A stretch of DNA of 64,000 bases, taken from the NCBI RefSeq assembly GCF_032444005.1, contig NC_091289.1, positions 1,612,001 to 1,676,000 on the forward strand. The letters run 5' to 3'. Below are positions 1 to 41,580 of the stretch, one piece after another (positions within the stretch are counted from its first letter, which is position 1; every line of letters begins with the position of its first letter). Source of the stretch: Ranitomeya imitator. Taxonomy: Eukaryota. Both the position numbers and the translations under genes were made by a program. The notes beneath the pieces are model-generated. The model had not been told where the DNA came from. It worked only from the letters and a program-made list of their open reading frames with translations, and ran no database searches.

Positions 1-330
1 CTGGTGACGGGTGCAATGGAGGGGTGCGATCCATCCTGGTGACGGGGGCGATGGCGGCGTCTGATCCATCCTGATGCCAGGGCCGACGGCGGCGTCTGAT
101 CCATCCTGGAGATGGGGGTGACAGCGGTGGGCGATTCATCCTGGTAACGGGGGCGAAGGCGGCGTGCGATTCATCCTGGTGACGGTGGGGTCCGATCCAT
201 CCCAATGCCAGGGCCAACGGCGGCGTGCGATTGATCCTGGTGACGGCGGCGGCCGATTGATCTCCTTGACGGGGGCGACGGCGGCGTTCGATCCATCCCG
301 GTGACGGGGGCGACGTTCGATCCATCCCGG
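1..330. repeat. Degenerate ~38-bp minisatellite (GATCCATCCTGGTGACGGGGGCGACGGCGGCG) downstream of mst1
   Basis: About 8 visible copies. Confidence 0.75.
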
Positions 331-509
331 TGACGGGGCGTCCAATCCATTGGGGGCGACAGCAGCGTCTGGTGTTAGTGACTGGGGGGGATGTGACGGC
401 CTCCCCGGCCAGCTGCTGCTCGGGCACCTTGCGGGGGGGGGGGGGGGGGGGGCGGCGGCCATTGGCCTTTATGCTGGACGGTGACGCCATCTTTTTTACA
501 TTTCTGGAT

Positions 510-515
510 TTTATT
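510..515 (-). terminator. mst1 polyadenylation signal AATAAA
   Basis: tttatt on the + strand, about 160 nt downstream of the stop codon. Confidence 0.7.
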
Positions 516-671
516 GTGGTGAGAAGATACACGTTTTCTGCCTGATATATAAAGCAGATGATGGGGATGTGATGAAGCCCCCACTGTACACAGCCAGAAT
601 TGATACTAGACCCCCCATTATCCTCCCCTGTAATGTCCAGTCCTATTAGTAATCCGGGGGAGCGCAGCCCC

Positions 672-29858
<29,187 letters not shown>

Positions 29859-29904
29859 GGCTCAGGGTGGAGGCGGACGTACGCTGGTGCCTGCGACCTC
29901 GCTT

Positions 29905-30020
29905 CACAAATATTTGGCCTGATGACACATTAACCGCTGGTGCCGCTCTGCTCCATGGTGACCGAAAATAAAGGGAGACGTTCTCTCAGGATATCGCAAT
30001 GTGCAGGTGAAAGGTGAAGC
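29905..30020 (-). promoter_or_regulatory. Putative hepatocyte proximal promoter of mst1 (DR1/HNF4-type site, FoxA-like site, HNF1 half-site)
   Basis: AGGTGA-A-AGGTGA at 30005-30017, CAAATATTTG at 29907-29916 and GTTAAT (minus) at 29929-29934, 50-160 nt upstream of the ATG. Confidence 0.55.
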
Positions 30021-30144
30021 CACGACGGAGCTGGGCCTTGTAGTCCTACCACAGAGCGGACACCAGGACGTGGCTGGACGCCGACCTCTGACCCGGTGAC
30101 ACTGCCAAAAACAACACCACACAGAATGATTCCGGGCAGAGGAT

Positions 30145-32836
30145 GCAGCAGTAGGCGGCGGCGATGGGCAGCAGTAGGTGGGGGCAGCAGTAGGTGGGGG
30201 CGGTGGGCAGCAGTAGGCTGTGGGCAGCAGGAGGTGGCGGCGGTGGGCAGCAGTAAGCGGCGGTGGGCAACAGTAGGTGGGGGCAGTGGGCAACTGTAGG
30301 TGGGGGCGGTGGGCAGCAGTAAGCGGTGGCGGTGGGCAGCAGTAGGTGGGGGCGGTGGGCAGCAATAGGCAGGGGCGGTGGGCAGCAGTAGTTGGTGGTG
30401 GGCAGCAGTAGGGGGCAGGATGGGCAGTAGATGGCAGCGGTGGTGGGCAGCAGTAAGCGGTGGTGGTGGGCAGCAGTAAGCAGCAGGCAGTGGATGGCGG
30501 TGGTGGTGGGCAGCGGTAGGCGGCGGTGGGCTGTAGGGGGCGGTGGTGGGCAGTGAATGGCGGTGGTGGTGGGCAGCAGATGATGGTCGGCAGTAGATGG
30601 CAGTGGTGGTGGGCAGTAGATGGTGGTGGGCAGTAGATGGCGGTGGGCAGTAGATGGCGGTGGTGGGCAGTAGATGGTGGTGGCAGTAGATGGCGGGTAG
30701 TAGATTGCTGTGGTGGTGGGCAGCAGATGATGGTCGGCAGTAGATGGTGGTGGTGATCAGCAGATGGTGGTCGGCAGTGGTGGTGGGCAGTAGATGGTGG
30801 TGGTGGTGGGCAGTAGATGGTGGTGGGCAGTAGATGGCGAGTAGTAGATTGCGGTGGTGGTGGGCAGCAATGATGGTCGGCAGTAGATGGCGGTGGTGGC
30901 GGTCAGCAGATGGTGGTCGGCAGTAGATGGCAGTGGTGGTGGGCAGTAGATGGTGGTGGTGGTGGGCAGTAGATGGTGGTGGGCAGTAGATGGCGAGTAG
31001 TAGATTGCGGTGGTGGTGGGCAGCAGATGATGGTCGGCAGTAGATGGCGGTGGTGGTGGTCAGCAGATGGTGGTGGGCAGTAGATGGTGGTGGTGGGCAG
31101 TAGATGGTGGTAGGCAGTAGATGGCGGGTAGTAGATTGCGGTGGTGGTGGGCAGCAGATGATGGTCGGCAGTAGATGGCGGTGGTGGTGGTCAGCAGATG
31201 GTGGTCGGCAGTAGATGGCAGTGGTGGTGGGCAGTAGATGGTGGTGGGCAGTAGATGGCGGGTAGTAGATTGCGGTGGTGGTGGGCAGTAGATGGTGGTG
31301 GACAGTAGTTGGCGGTGGTAGTGGGCAGTAGATGGTGGTGGTGGGTAGTTAATGATGGTGGGTAGTAGATGGCGGTGGTGGTGGGCAGCAGATGGTCGGC
31401 AATACGTGGCGGTTGGGGTGGGCAGCAGATGGTGGTGGGCAGTAGATGGCGGTGGTGGTGTGCAGTTGTATGCGGTGGTGGTGGGCAGTAGATGGCGGTG
31501 GGTAGTAGATGTCGGTGGTGGTGGGCAGTAGATGGTAATGGTGGGCAGTAGATGGCGGCAGTGGTGGGTAGTAGATGGCGGTGGGCAGTAGATGACGGTG
31601 GGTAGTAGATGGCGGTGGGTAGTAGATGGCGGTTGTGGTGGGCAGTAGATGGCGGTTGTGGTGGGCAGCAAATGGCTGTGGTGGTGTGCAGTTGTATGCG
31701 GTGGTGGTTGGCAGTAGATGGCGGTGGTGGGCAGTAGATGGCAGTGGGCAGTAGATGGCATGGCGGTGGTGGGCAGTAGATGGCGGTGGTGGGCAGTAGA
31801 TGGCGGTGGTGGGCAGTAGATGGCGGTGGTGGGCAGTAGATGGCGGTGGAGGGCAGTAGGCAGTAGATGGCATGGCGGTGGTGGGCAGTAGATGGCCGTG
31901 GTGGGCAGTAGATGGCGGTGCGCAGTAGATGGCGGTGGAGGGCAGTAGATGGCGGTGGAGGGCAGTAGATGGCGGTGGAGGGCAGTAGATGGCGGTGGAG
32001 GGCAGTAGATGGCGGTGGGCGGCAGTAGATGGCGGTGGGCGGCAGTAGATGGCGGTGGGCGGCAGTAGATGGTGGTGGGCAGTAGATGGCGGTGGGCGGC
32101 AGTAGATGGCGGTGGGCGGCAGTAGATGGTGGTGGGCAGTAGATGGCGGTGGGCGGCAGTAGATGGCGGTGGGCGGCAGTAGATGGCGGTGGGCGGCAGT
32201 AGATGGCGGTGGGCGGCAGTAGATGGCGGTGGGCGGCAGTAGATGGCGGTGGGCGGCAGTAGATGGCGGTGGGCGGCAGTAGATGGCGGTGGGCGGCAGT
32301 AGATGGCGGTGGGCGGCAGTAGATGGCGGTGGGCGGCAGTAGATGGCGGTGGGCGGCAGTAGATGGCGGTGGGGGGCAGCAGATGGCGGTGGGGGGCAGT
32401 AGATGGCGGTGGGCGGCAGTAGATGGCGGTGGGCGGCAGCAGATGGCGGTGGGGGGCAGCAGATGGCGGTGGGGGGCAGTAGATGGCGGTGGGCGGCAGT
32501 AGATGGCGGTGGGCGGCAGTAGATGGCGGTGGGGGGCAGTAGATGGCGGTGGGCGGCAGTAGATGGCGGTGGGGGGCAGTAGATGGCGGTGGGGGGCAGC
32601 AGATGGCGGTGGGGGGCAGTAGATGGCGGTGGGCAGCAGATGGCGGTGGGGGGCAGCAGATGGCGGTGGGGGGCAGCAGATGGCGGTGGGCGGCAGTAGA
32701 TGGCGGTGGGGGGCAGTAGATGGCGGTGGGGGGCAGCAGATGGCGGTGGGGGGCAGTAGATGGCGGTGGGGGGCAGTAGATGGCGGTGGGGGGCAGTAGA
32801 TGGCGGTGGGCAGCAGTAGATGGCGGTGGGCAGCAG
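30145..32836. repeat. G-rich 20-bp minisatellite (AGATGGCGGTGGGCGGCAGT) upstream of the mst1 ATG
   Basis: Degenerate on the left, homogeneous on the right. Confidence 0.95.
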
Positions 32837-33024
32837 TGCACTGTACATAATCTCATCCTCATGTAATAGGAGGCACAGGCCCCGTTATACCGTCACTGTG
32901 GGGGAGGGGCTGGGTCACGTGTTACAGGCAGTGAGGCCGCCAGTCTGATGCCGTGCGGTCATGTGATAAAGTCATGTGACTAATAATCACTTTTCCAATG
33001 TGGCCAGAAGCGGAGGAGACGCAC

Positions 33025-33235
33025 CTGTGTGAGGAGCCGCGGCCGCCCTGCTGCTCCCGGAGCCGCTCTGTCTCCTCAGTGTCCGCCCGGCCGCGGGGAT
33101 GGAGGAGGAGGAGGAGGAGGAGGAGGAGACGTCCCAGAAATCCTGCGGTTCCAGCTGTGCGCGGGATCACGTGACGAATCAGAGAACTGGACCAAGAATC
33201 CGAGGGACGGAACAATGTGGAGGCGGAAATCACCT
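33025..33235 (-). promoter_or_regulatory. CpG island with a probable non-coding exon on the minus strand (possible upstream mst1 exon)
   Basis: CpG-rich; TCACGTGAC E-box at 33167-33175; (GGA)9; donor CACAG|gtgcgt at 33025/33024; no ATG in the exon. Confidence 0.45.
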
Positions 33236-33284
33236 CAGACCCGATAGATAAAGCGGGAGACCGACAACTGTGCCCGATAATGGG

Positions 33285-34640
33285 AGAGCGAAGAACCGGG
33301 GGCTACATCTATTGTATGGGAGCGAAGACCCCGATACACCGTGACCCGTCCTCTATTATATGGGAGCGAAGACCCCGATACACCGTGACCCGTCCTCTAT
33401 TATCTAGGAGCGAAGACCCCGATACGCCGTGACCCGTCCTCTATTATATGGGAGCGAAAACCCCGATACGCCGTGACCCGTCCTCTATTATATAGGAGCG
33501 AAGACCCCGATACACCGTGACCCGTCCTCTATTATATGGGAGCGAAGACCCCGATACGCCGTGACCCGTCCTCTATTATATGGGAGCGAAGACCCCGATA
33601 CGCCGTGACCCGTCCTCTATTATATAGGAGCAAAGACCCCGATACACCGTGACCCGTCCTCTATTATATAGGAGCGAAGACCCCGATACACGGTGACCCG
33701 TCCTCTATTATATGGGAGCGAAGACCCCGATACACGGTGACCCGTCCTCTATTATATAGGAGCGAAGACCCCGATACACCGTGACCCGTCCTCTATTATA
33801 TGGGAGCGAAGACCCCGATACACGGTGACCCGTCCTCTATTATATGGGAGCACAGACCCCGATACGCCGTGACCCGTCCTCTATTATATGGGAGCGAAGA
33901 CCCCGATACGCCGTGACCCGTCCTCTATTATATGGGAGCGAAGACCCCGATACGCCGTGACCCGTCCTCTATTATATGGGAGCGAAGACCCCGATACGCC
34001 GTGACCCGTCCTCTATTATATGGGAGCGAAGACCCCGATACGCCGTGACCCGTCCTCTATTATATAGGAGCGAAGACCCCGATACGCCGTGACCCGTCCT
34101 CTATTATACAGGAGCGAAGACCCCGATACGCCGTGACCCGTCCTCTATTATACGGGAGCGAAGACCCCGATACGCCGTGACCCGTCCTCTATTATACGGG
34201 AGCGAAGACCCCGATACGCCGTGACCCGTCCTCTATTATACGGGAGCGAAGACCCCGATACGCCGTGACCCGTCCTCTATTATACGGGAGCGAAGACCCC
34301 GATACGCCGTGACCCGTCCTCTATTATACGGGAGCGAAGACCCCGATACGCCGTGACCCGTCCTCTATTATACGGGAGCGAAGACCCCGATACGCCGTGA
34401 CCCGTCCTCTATTATACGGGAGCGAAGACCCCGATACGCCGTGACCCGTCCTCTATTATATAGGAGCGAAGACCCCGATACGCCGTGACCCGTCCTCTAT
34501 TATATGGGAGCGAAGACCCCGATACGCCGTGACCCGTCCTCTATTATATGGGAGCGAAGACCCCGATACGCCGTGACCCGTCCTCTATTATACGGGAGCA
34601 CAGACCCCGATACACCGTGACCCGTCCTCGATTATATGTA
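33285..34640. repeat. 44-bp minisatellite (GGAGCGAAGACCCCGATACGCCGTGACCCGTCCTCTATTATATG), about 30 copies
   Basis: 44-bp period measured. Confidence 0.96.
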
Positions 34641-35260
34641 CCCCACTGGTCACAGCGACCCAGTTAGAGACTATACCATTTATAACCACCCTCTGCTTTC
34701 TATCACTAAGCCAGTTACTAACCCATTTACACACATTTTCCCCCAGACCAAGCATTCTCATTTTGTGTACCAACCTCTTGTGCGGCACGGTATCAAACGC
34801 TTTGGAAAAATCGAGATATACCACGTCCAATGACTCACCGTGGTCCAGTCTATAGCTTACCTCTTCATAAAAACTGATTAGATTGGTTTGACAGGAGCGA
34901 TTTCTCATAAACCCATGCTGATATGGAGTTAAACAGTTATTCTCATTGAGATAATCCAGAATAACATCCCTCAGAAACCCTTCAAATATTTTACCAACAA
35001 TAGAGGTTAGACTTACTGGCCTATAATTTCCAGGTTCACTTTTAGAGCCCTTTTTGAATATTGGCACCACATTTGCTATGCGCCAGTCCTGCGGAACAGA
35101 TCCTGTCGCTATAGAGTCCCTAAAAATAAGAAATAATGGTTTATCTATTACATTACTTAGTTCTCTTAGTACTCGTGGGTGTATGCCATCCGGACCCGGA
35201 GATTTATCTGTTTTAATCTTGTTTGACCGGTTTCACACCTCTTCTTGGGTTAGATTGGTG
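34640..35260 (-). mobile_element. CR1 LINE reverse-transcriptase fragment
   Basis: VPIFKKG..GNYRPVSLTSIVGK..QHGFMRNRSCQTNL..YLDFSKAFDTVPH. Confidence 0.9.
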
Positions 35261-35599
35261 ACTAGGGTTGAGCGAAACGGATCGTTCATTTTCAAAAGTC
35301 ACCGACTTTTTGAAAAGTCGAGAGAGAGAGAGAAAAAAAATCCCATTGACTTTGCATTGGGTTTCGTGTTTCGGTCGATCCCCGACTTTTCGCCATAATC
35401 GGCCGATTCCACTCGACTTGCCTTGCCCAGGCGTGTACTACGGAGGACAGAGAATGAACTTCAATCCAATATTGCAGCCAGCATGCAGCCAGCGGGTAAG
35501 GAAAGGGTGAATCAAAAACTCCAAAACCCCGCCTCCATGGCTGAAGATTGTTCCCTCCAAATTCAGGCGACAGTGTCCCTTTAATATTGGGTTTTCTTT

Positions 35600-36130
35600 G
35601 TCTCTCAGTATTTTATTTTCCACTGTGAATACCGTGGAGAAGAAGGTGTAATATATTTGCTTTTTCTCGTCATCTACAACCATTCTTTCCTACACTTTCA
35701 CTTATGATTCCTTTACTATTGATATAGTTGAAGAACAGTTTGGGATTAGTTTTACTCTCCTTAGCAATGTGCTTCTCTGTTTCCTTTTTGGCAGCTTTAA
35801 TTAGTTTTTTAGATAAAGTATTTTTCTCCCTATAGTTTTTTAGAGCTTCAATGGTGCCATCCTGCTTTAGTAGTGCAAATGCTTTCTTTTTACGGTTACT
35901 TTGTTTACTTCTTTGTTTAGCCACATTGGGTTTTTCCTATTTCTAGTCCTTTTATTCCCACAAGGTATAAACCGCTTACACTGCCTATTTAGGATGTTCT
36001 TAAACATTTTCCATTATCTGTATTCTTATCTCTGAGGACATTGTCCTATTAAAACAGATTACGGGCATCTCTAAGCTGGTCAAACTTTGCCTTCCTAAAG
36101 TTCAGTGTTTTTGTGACTCCCTGACAAGTC
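35600..36130 (-). mobile_element. CR1 LINE ORF2 upstream fragment
   Basis: KKLIKAAKKETEKHIAKESKTNPKLFFNYINSK tether region. Confidence 0.75.
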
Positions 36131-36199
36131 CCCCTAGTGAAAGACAAGTGACATTGTACAATATTGTGGTCGCTATTTTCAAGATGCCCCATGACCTCA

Positions 36200-37725
36200 G
36201 GGATCGGGCGACACAGCCTTTCAAGGACTCAGACCTCGAGCGGGTGGTCTGGGACCAGGGACGGCTGTACCGGGTAACAGTATAGCAAGGTTTACCGGAG
36301 GTGTGGCCTAGGGACCGACAGTGGTACCTTGTTCGTTCCGGGTGGTTGTTGCGGATCGCACATGAAGTTCCAATTGCTGTACACTTAGGGATCGCCAAGG
36401 CCAAGCTAGCCCAGAATTTCTACTGGCCTAAAATGGGGGTCGATATGGCTGCCTACTGCCCTTCGTGTGACATCTGTCAGAGTGGGGAAGGCAGGGCGGC
36501 GCCCCAAAGCCCCACGGGTGCCATTGCCCATAATTGAAGAGCCTTTTGAGAGGGTGGCTGCGGATCTCATCGGACCCGTCTGTTCCCAGCCGCTCCGGGA
36601 AACACTTCATACTAACGGCAGTGTATTATGCCACCTGGTACCCGGAAGCGGTAGACTTGTCTACTCGGGCCGACAAGGTGGCCATTGCTTTGCTGGAGAT
36701 TTTCTCCCGAGTGGGATTTCCCTAGGAAATGCTCACCGACCAAGGCACCCAGTTCATGTCACAGCTGATTGAGTCCCTTTTTTTAAGTAAATTCAAGTGC
36801 AACATGTAGTGGCCAGCCCGTACCATCGCAGACTAATGGCTTGTATGAGCGGTTCACTGGCACACTCAAGCAAATGCTTAAGATGTTGGTTGACTCCCAC
36901 GGGAGCGACTGGGAGCGGTACCTCCCTCACCTACTATTTGCCTACTGGGAGGCTCCGCAGGCCTCAACGGGGTTCGACCCCTTCGAGCTCCTGTATGGGC
37001 GGCATGTACGAGAGCTCCTTGCTCTGGTGAAAGAGGCATGGGAAGTAGACTTGGCCACCCCTGGAGTGTCGGTCGTTTAGTACGTCGTGCACTTTCGGGA
37101 CAAAATGACAACCTTGTTGCGGCTGGTGCAGGACAATATACCCTTTAAAAAATTCTTTATTTAGTATAAATTTTAAAACAAAAAAACACAAATAAGTGAA
37201 AAAACCAAATGGGCAAAATTCAAAACAAAAAATGATAATTTGCTGATCTGTAGCCTCCAGTTGGTATAGCAGCAGGGGTACAAATAGGCCTATTTGACCC
37301 TATTTTGCCCTAACTGAACCCAGGACAGTTTGCCCCATGCTGACCAGAAACGCTGGTACGTCCAGAATGCTTGTGAAAGGACCTACCAGGTGGGTCAGAA
37401 AGTATGTGTACTTGTCCCAGTACCACAGGACAAGCTTCATGCAGCCTGGGAGAGCCCATACCTCGTGCACCAGCGGCTCAATGACATCACGTACCCGGTC
37501 ACCCTAGACCACATCCGTGGAAGGCTTTCCCCACGTGAACATGATGAAGGCCCATCATGAGCGGGAGGCCTGCACCCTCCCTCTGTGCAACTTTCCCGAG
37601 GAAGGAGAGACTGAAACCCTCCTGGATCTGCTCACCCAAGTCAAGGCAGGTGGATCCATTGAGGACGTAGAGGTTGGCCACCAGCTCTTCTAGGACCAAC
37701 GGTCCCAGCTGGTGGCTACTCTGTG
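36200..37725 (+). mobile_element. Degenerate Gypsy integrase (Gmr1-like domain order)
   Basis: HEVPIAVHLG..FYWP..CPSCDICQ (HHCC); PLPIIEEPFERVAADLIGP; TDQGTQF; ERFTGTLKQML; many stops and frameshifts. Confidence 0.8.
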
Positions 37726-37729
37726 CCCC

Positions 37730-39190
37730 AAGATATCCTGGATGAAAACCTCTTCTAGAGTGCTCTGGACCTCAGACTTGGCTGAAGGTTCACCTTCCAA
37801 CAAGACAATGACCCTAAGCACACAGCTAAAATAACAAAGGAGCGGCTTCAGAACTACTCTGTGACCATTCCTGACCGGCCCAGCCAGAGCCCTGACCTAA
37901 ACCCAATGGAGCATCTCTGGTGAGACCTGAAAATGGCGTCCACCAACGTTCACCATCCAACCAGACGGAACTGGAGAGGATCTACAAGGAAGAATGGCAG
38001 AGGATCCCCAAATCCAGGGGGGAAAACTTGTATCATTCCCAAGAAGACTCCTGGCTGCACTAGCTCAAAAGGGGCTTCTCCTCAATAGTCAGCAAAGGGG
38101 CTGAAGACTTATGACCATGGGATATTTCAGTTTTTATTTAATACATTTGCAAAAATTTCTACATTTCTGTTTTCTTCAGTCACGATGGAGTGCAGAGTGT
38201 ACATTAATGAGAAAAAAAATGAACTTTTTTTGAATTTATCAAATGGCTGCAATGAAACTAAGTGAAAAATTTAAAGGGAACCTGTCACCCCCGTTTTTTG
38301 AGATTGAGATATAAATACTGTTAAATAGGGCCTGCGCTGTGCGTTACTATAGTGTATGTAGTGTACCCTGATTCCCCATGTATGCCGAGAAATACATTAC
38401 CAAAGTCGGCGTTTTCGCCTGTCAATCAGGCTGGTCTGGTCAGGTGGGCGTGTTCACAGCGTTCTTTTCTTCCCCAGGTTTCCGTTGGTGGCGTAGTGGT
38501 GTGCGCATGTCCAAGGTCCGGATTCCCTGTGCCCACGTGAAGACACAGCGCGCGATCTGCGCTGTCATTCCTTTCATCGGTGCGGGCGGCCATCTTCCTG
38601 GGGCCGCGCGTGCGCAGATGTAGTGCTCTGCTGCACGGGGCTTCAGGAAAATGGCCGCGGGATGCCGCGCGTGCGCAGAAGAGATCGCGGCGGCCATTTT
38701 CCCAAAGCCGAGTTTGCATCTCGGCTTTGGGAAAATGGCCGCCGCGATCTCTTCTGCGCACGCGCGGCATCCCGCGGCCATTTTCCTGAAGCCCCGTGCA
38801 GCAGAACACTACATCTGCGCACGCGCGGCCCCAGGAAGATGGCCGCCCGCACCGATGAAAGGAATGACAGCGCAGATCGCGCGCTGTGTCTTCACGTGGG
38901 CACAGGGAATCCGGACCTTGGACATGCGCACACCACTACGCCACCAACGGAAACCTGGGGAAGAAAAGAACGCTGTGAACACGCCCACCTGACCAGACCA
39001 GCCTGATTGACAGGCGAAAACGCCGACTTTGGTAATGTATTTCTCGGCATACATGGGGAATCGGGGTACACTACATACACCATAGTAACGCACAGCACAG
39101 GCCCTATTTAACAGTATTTATATCTCAATCTCAAAAAACGGGGGTGACAGGTTCCCTTTAAAGGGGTTTGAATACTTTCTGTACCCACTG
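37730..39190 (+). mobile_element. Tc1/mariner 3' remnant (degenerate transposase and right TIR), interrupted by the palindromic MITE
   Basis: [26 protein letters not shown] with stops; ends ..CCCACTG|TA. Confidence 0.85.
38275..39157. mobile_element. 883-bp fully palindromic T2/Kolobok-type MITE with TTAA TSD
   Basis: TTAA|AGGGAACC..GGTTCCCT|TTAA; two 438-bp arms around a 7-nt loop (38713-38719); about 4 mismatches seen. Confidence 0.93.
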
Positions 39191-40769
39191 TAACAGGTCT
39201 GGTATAAATGTGTGAAAAAAACAAAACAGTCCTAAAAATCAGCTTTTATTTCTGTATTAATGTAAAAAAGCTTAATAATATAATAGCTTATCGGTGAGTT
39301 GATCAGATGTAGGTACACAGTAGTCATAGGTCAGGTAAAATACTACACTAAGAGCTCACCGACAAAAAAAAAAATTTTTACTTACCTATAACGGTGTCAC
39401 GATTCACACAGTGACCGTCACCCCCACGTCACGGGTCGGGGTGACTTTAGGGCAACAGACGGCTATCACATGTGCAGGGGGGCTTATCTTAGTTATCCCT
39501 CCACAATGTGATGAAAAAACACACACAAGGCTATTGACCTCAGTTTACAGCGGGGATTTATTTTAGGTATCCCACTGCTCTTCAATATACCACAAACTGC
39601 AGGGATTTATGTATATCCCGCTCACAGTTCCACTTGAAACTTGCAGCTCTCTGGCGCCCCCCTTACTCTCAGGTCAGATTAGGTACTGCACCAAGGGTAA
39701 TTAGTCGCCAGAAAGGCTGCCTGCTATGTACTGGCTATTGGGCACGCTGCAGCGACGCGATTAACTACTCCCACTCAGGCAGGAACAATTATCAACGCCA
39801 CAGTCGCTACAACGACACCCAAAGGCACTGTACAAATGTATGCTGCCACCAGCTTCGATTAAACGGGTCTGAAGCTAATCCAAAACAGTAGCGTAATTCC
39901 CTTCAGAAGACTTAGGGTAAGTTTTAGAGCATGAAGAGCGAAAATTAGTAATTTTTATATTTCACTCCGTTAGAATTAAGGCAGTGTCTATAAAAAGATG
40001 TTACAATATGAGACAATTGAAATATGTACAAGGTAAATTATAAAATAAACAGGGATTAAATAAGAAAAGGTAACACTCACATGTTCTCAGTTCATATCAG
40101 GCAAAACCATGCTGGTGGGCGGAGCTCCCCAAATGTCGCAGTGCATGAGGGCGCTGGTTAGGAACAGCTCTTCAAGTCAGACTCACATAGGCTCCAGCAG
40201 ACACAGACTTATAGCTCAACCTGATGACATCACAGAAAGGGCTGGCTTACCCAGACCCTCCTCTCTCTTCAGTTTAACTAAATTTAACCTAAATTTGTCT
40301 AATGCCTGTAACTCCGCTACAGAACATGTCATAGTCATAACAAACCCAGCATTCATCTCGTATTAACATTGGCATTCTAATGAGATCAAATGTCCTATTT
40401 GTGATGCATAATTACAAAGAAATCCCTACTTTTTTACCTGATGGAGTTAGAAGCTCATGTTTACAGCGGTTGACAGATCCGCCGATGGACGTAAAGAATA
40501 TGTATTTTTCCTTTTTCTAGCCTAAATCGTTAGCCCAATATCTTACAACAATGGAACAAAGGACTTCTTGCATTTACAGAAGGGAATCAGACCGGTTTTA
40601 GCTAGTACAACTTTCCACTGCAGCTATGCCAGTCGTAAATACCTTTCTTCAATAAAACTTCCTCACATACATTTACAAGGCAAGCTAAGCACAGAGTGAA
40701 AGGGGGTCAACGCCCACCTTATATGTGCTGGCAGAGAAACTCAACTTATATATTTCATACAATATCATG

Positions 40770-41580
40770 ACAAACGGTATTTCTCTGAGCCCATGACTGC
40801 ACCACGGAGAGAAGGGATCCGCCCATCAAACCTACAGATAAAGAGGCAGTACCTCTCTCCCGCATCAATTGTTTACAGAGCATGAAAGGATCGTTAAAGG
40901 GACACGGTCACCTAAATTTGGAGGGAACAATCTTCAGCCATGGAGGCGGGGTTTTGGGGTGTTTGATTCACCCTTTCCTTACCTGCTGGAATCAAAAACC
41001 CCGCCTCCATGGCTGAAGATTGTTCCCTCCAAATTCAGGTGACAGTGTCCCTTTAAGTTTCACAGTAATGTTGAATATTTTTTGTTATTAATCTTAACAG
41101 ATACCGTGTGACTACTTCTTAAGTAATAGCGTAGTTTAAACTAAGTGTGCACACCCATATGTGAAGGGAGGGAATGTACGGGTGCAGTCATGGGCTCAGA
41201 GAAACACTGTTATCGGTAAGTAACTAGTTTTCTGCTTCCCCCATGATGGCAACAGAGAATTGCAGAGATTGTATTTTTTTTTTTTTTGGGGCGGGGGGGG
41301 GGGGGGGGGATGGATGGTTTCAGGGACTACCGCTTCCAGAACCCTTCTTCCAAAGGTAAGGTCTGGAGAAGAGGCCAGGTCCAGCCAATAGTGGTTAAAA
41401 AATGTAGAGGGGGGGGGAAGACCAAGTAGCAGCTCTACATATCTGTTCTATCGAAGCAATGGCTTTCTGCCCAGGAGGCTGCTTTTATTTTCTCCGGAAC
41501 AGCCGCCCCATGCGAGGTATATGACAGGTTGATGGCGTCTCTTATCCATCCCTCTGTCAATCCCTTCACTGGCTCCCCAT
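40770..41580 (-). mobile_element. DIRS1-like remnant (tyrosine-recombinase C-terminus and a 24-bp inverted-repeat pair)
   Basis: Minus strand WIRDAI..ASIEQICRAATWS..TFFNHYWLDL..FGRRVL; exact IR 40780-40803 / 41181-41204. Confidence 0.7.
40898..41052. mobile_element. 155-bp T2-type MITE with TTAA TSD (related partial copies near 35440-35585 and 41815-41960)
   Basis: TTAA|AGGGACAC..GTGTCCCT|TTAA with long imperfect TIRs. Confidence 0.8.

Noticed and set aside
433-452. G20 homopolymer (also a G-run near 41290-41310)
   Set aside because: Simple homopolymers with length unreliable in assemblies and no further structure
33099-33251. Plus-strand ORF MEEEEEEEEETSQK.. with a good Kozak context
   Set aside because: About 50 codons driven by a GGA microsatellite, with no homology and no convincing donor
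39395-40400. Possible additional LTR starting TGTCACGA at 39395
   Set aside because: No matching end, TSD or second copy in the window, so boundaries cannot be supported
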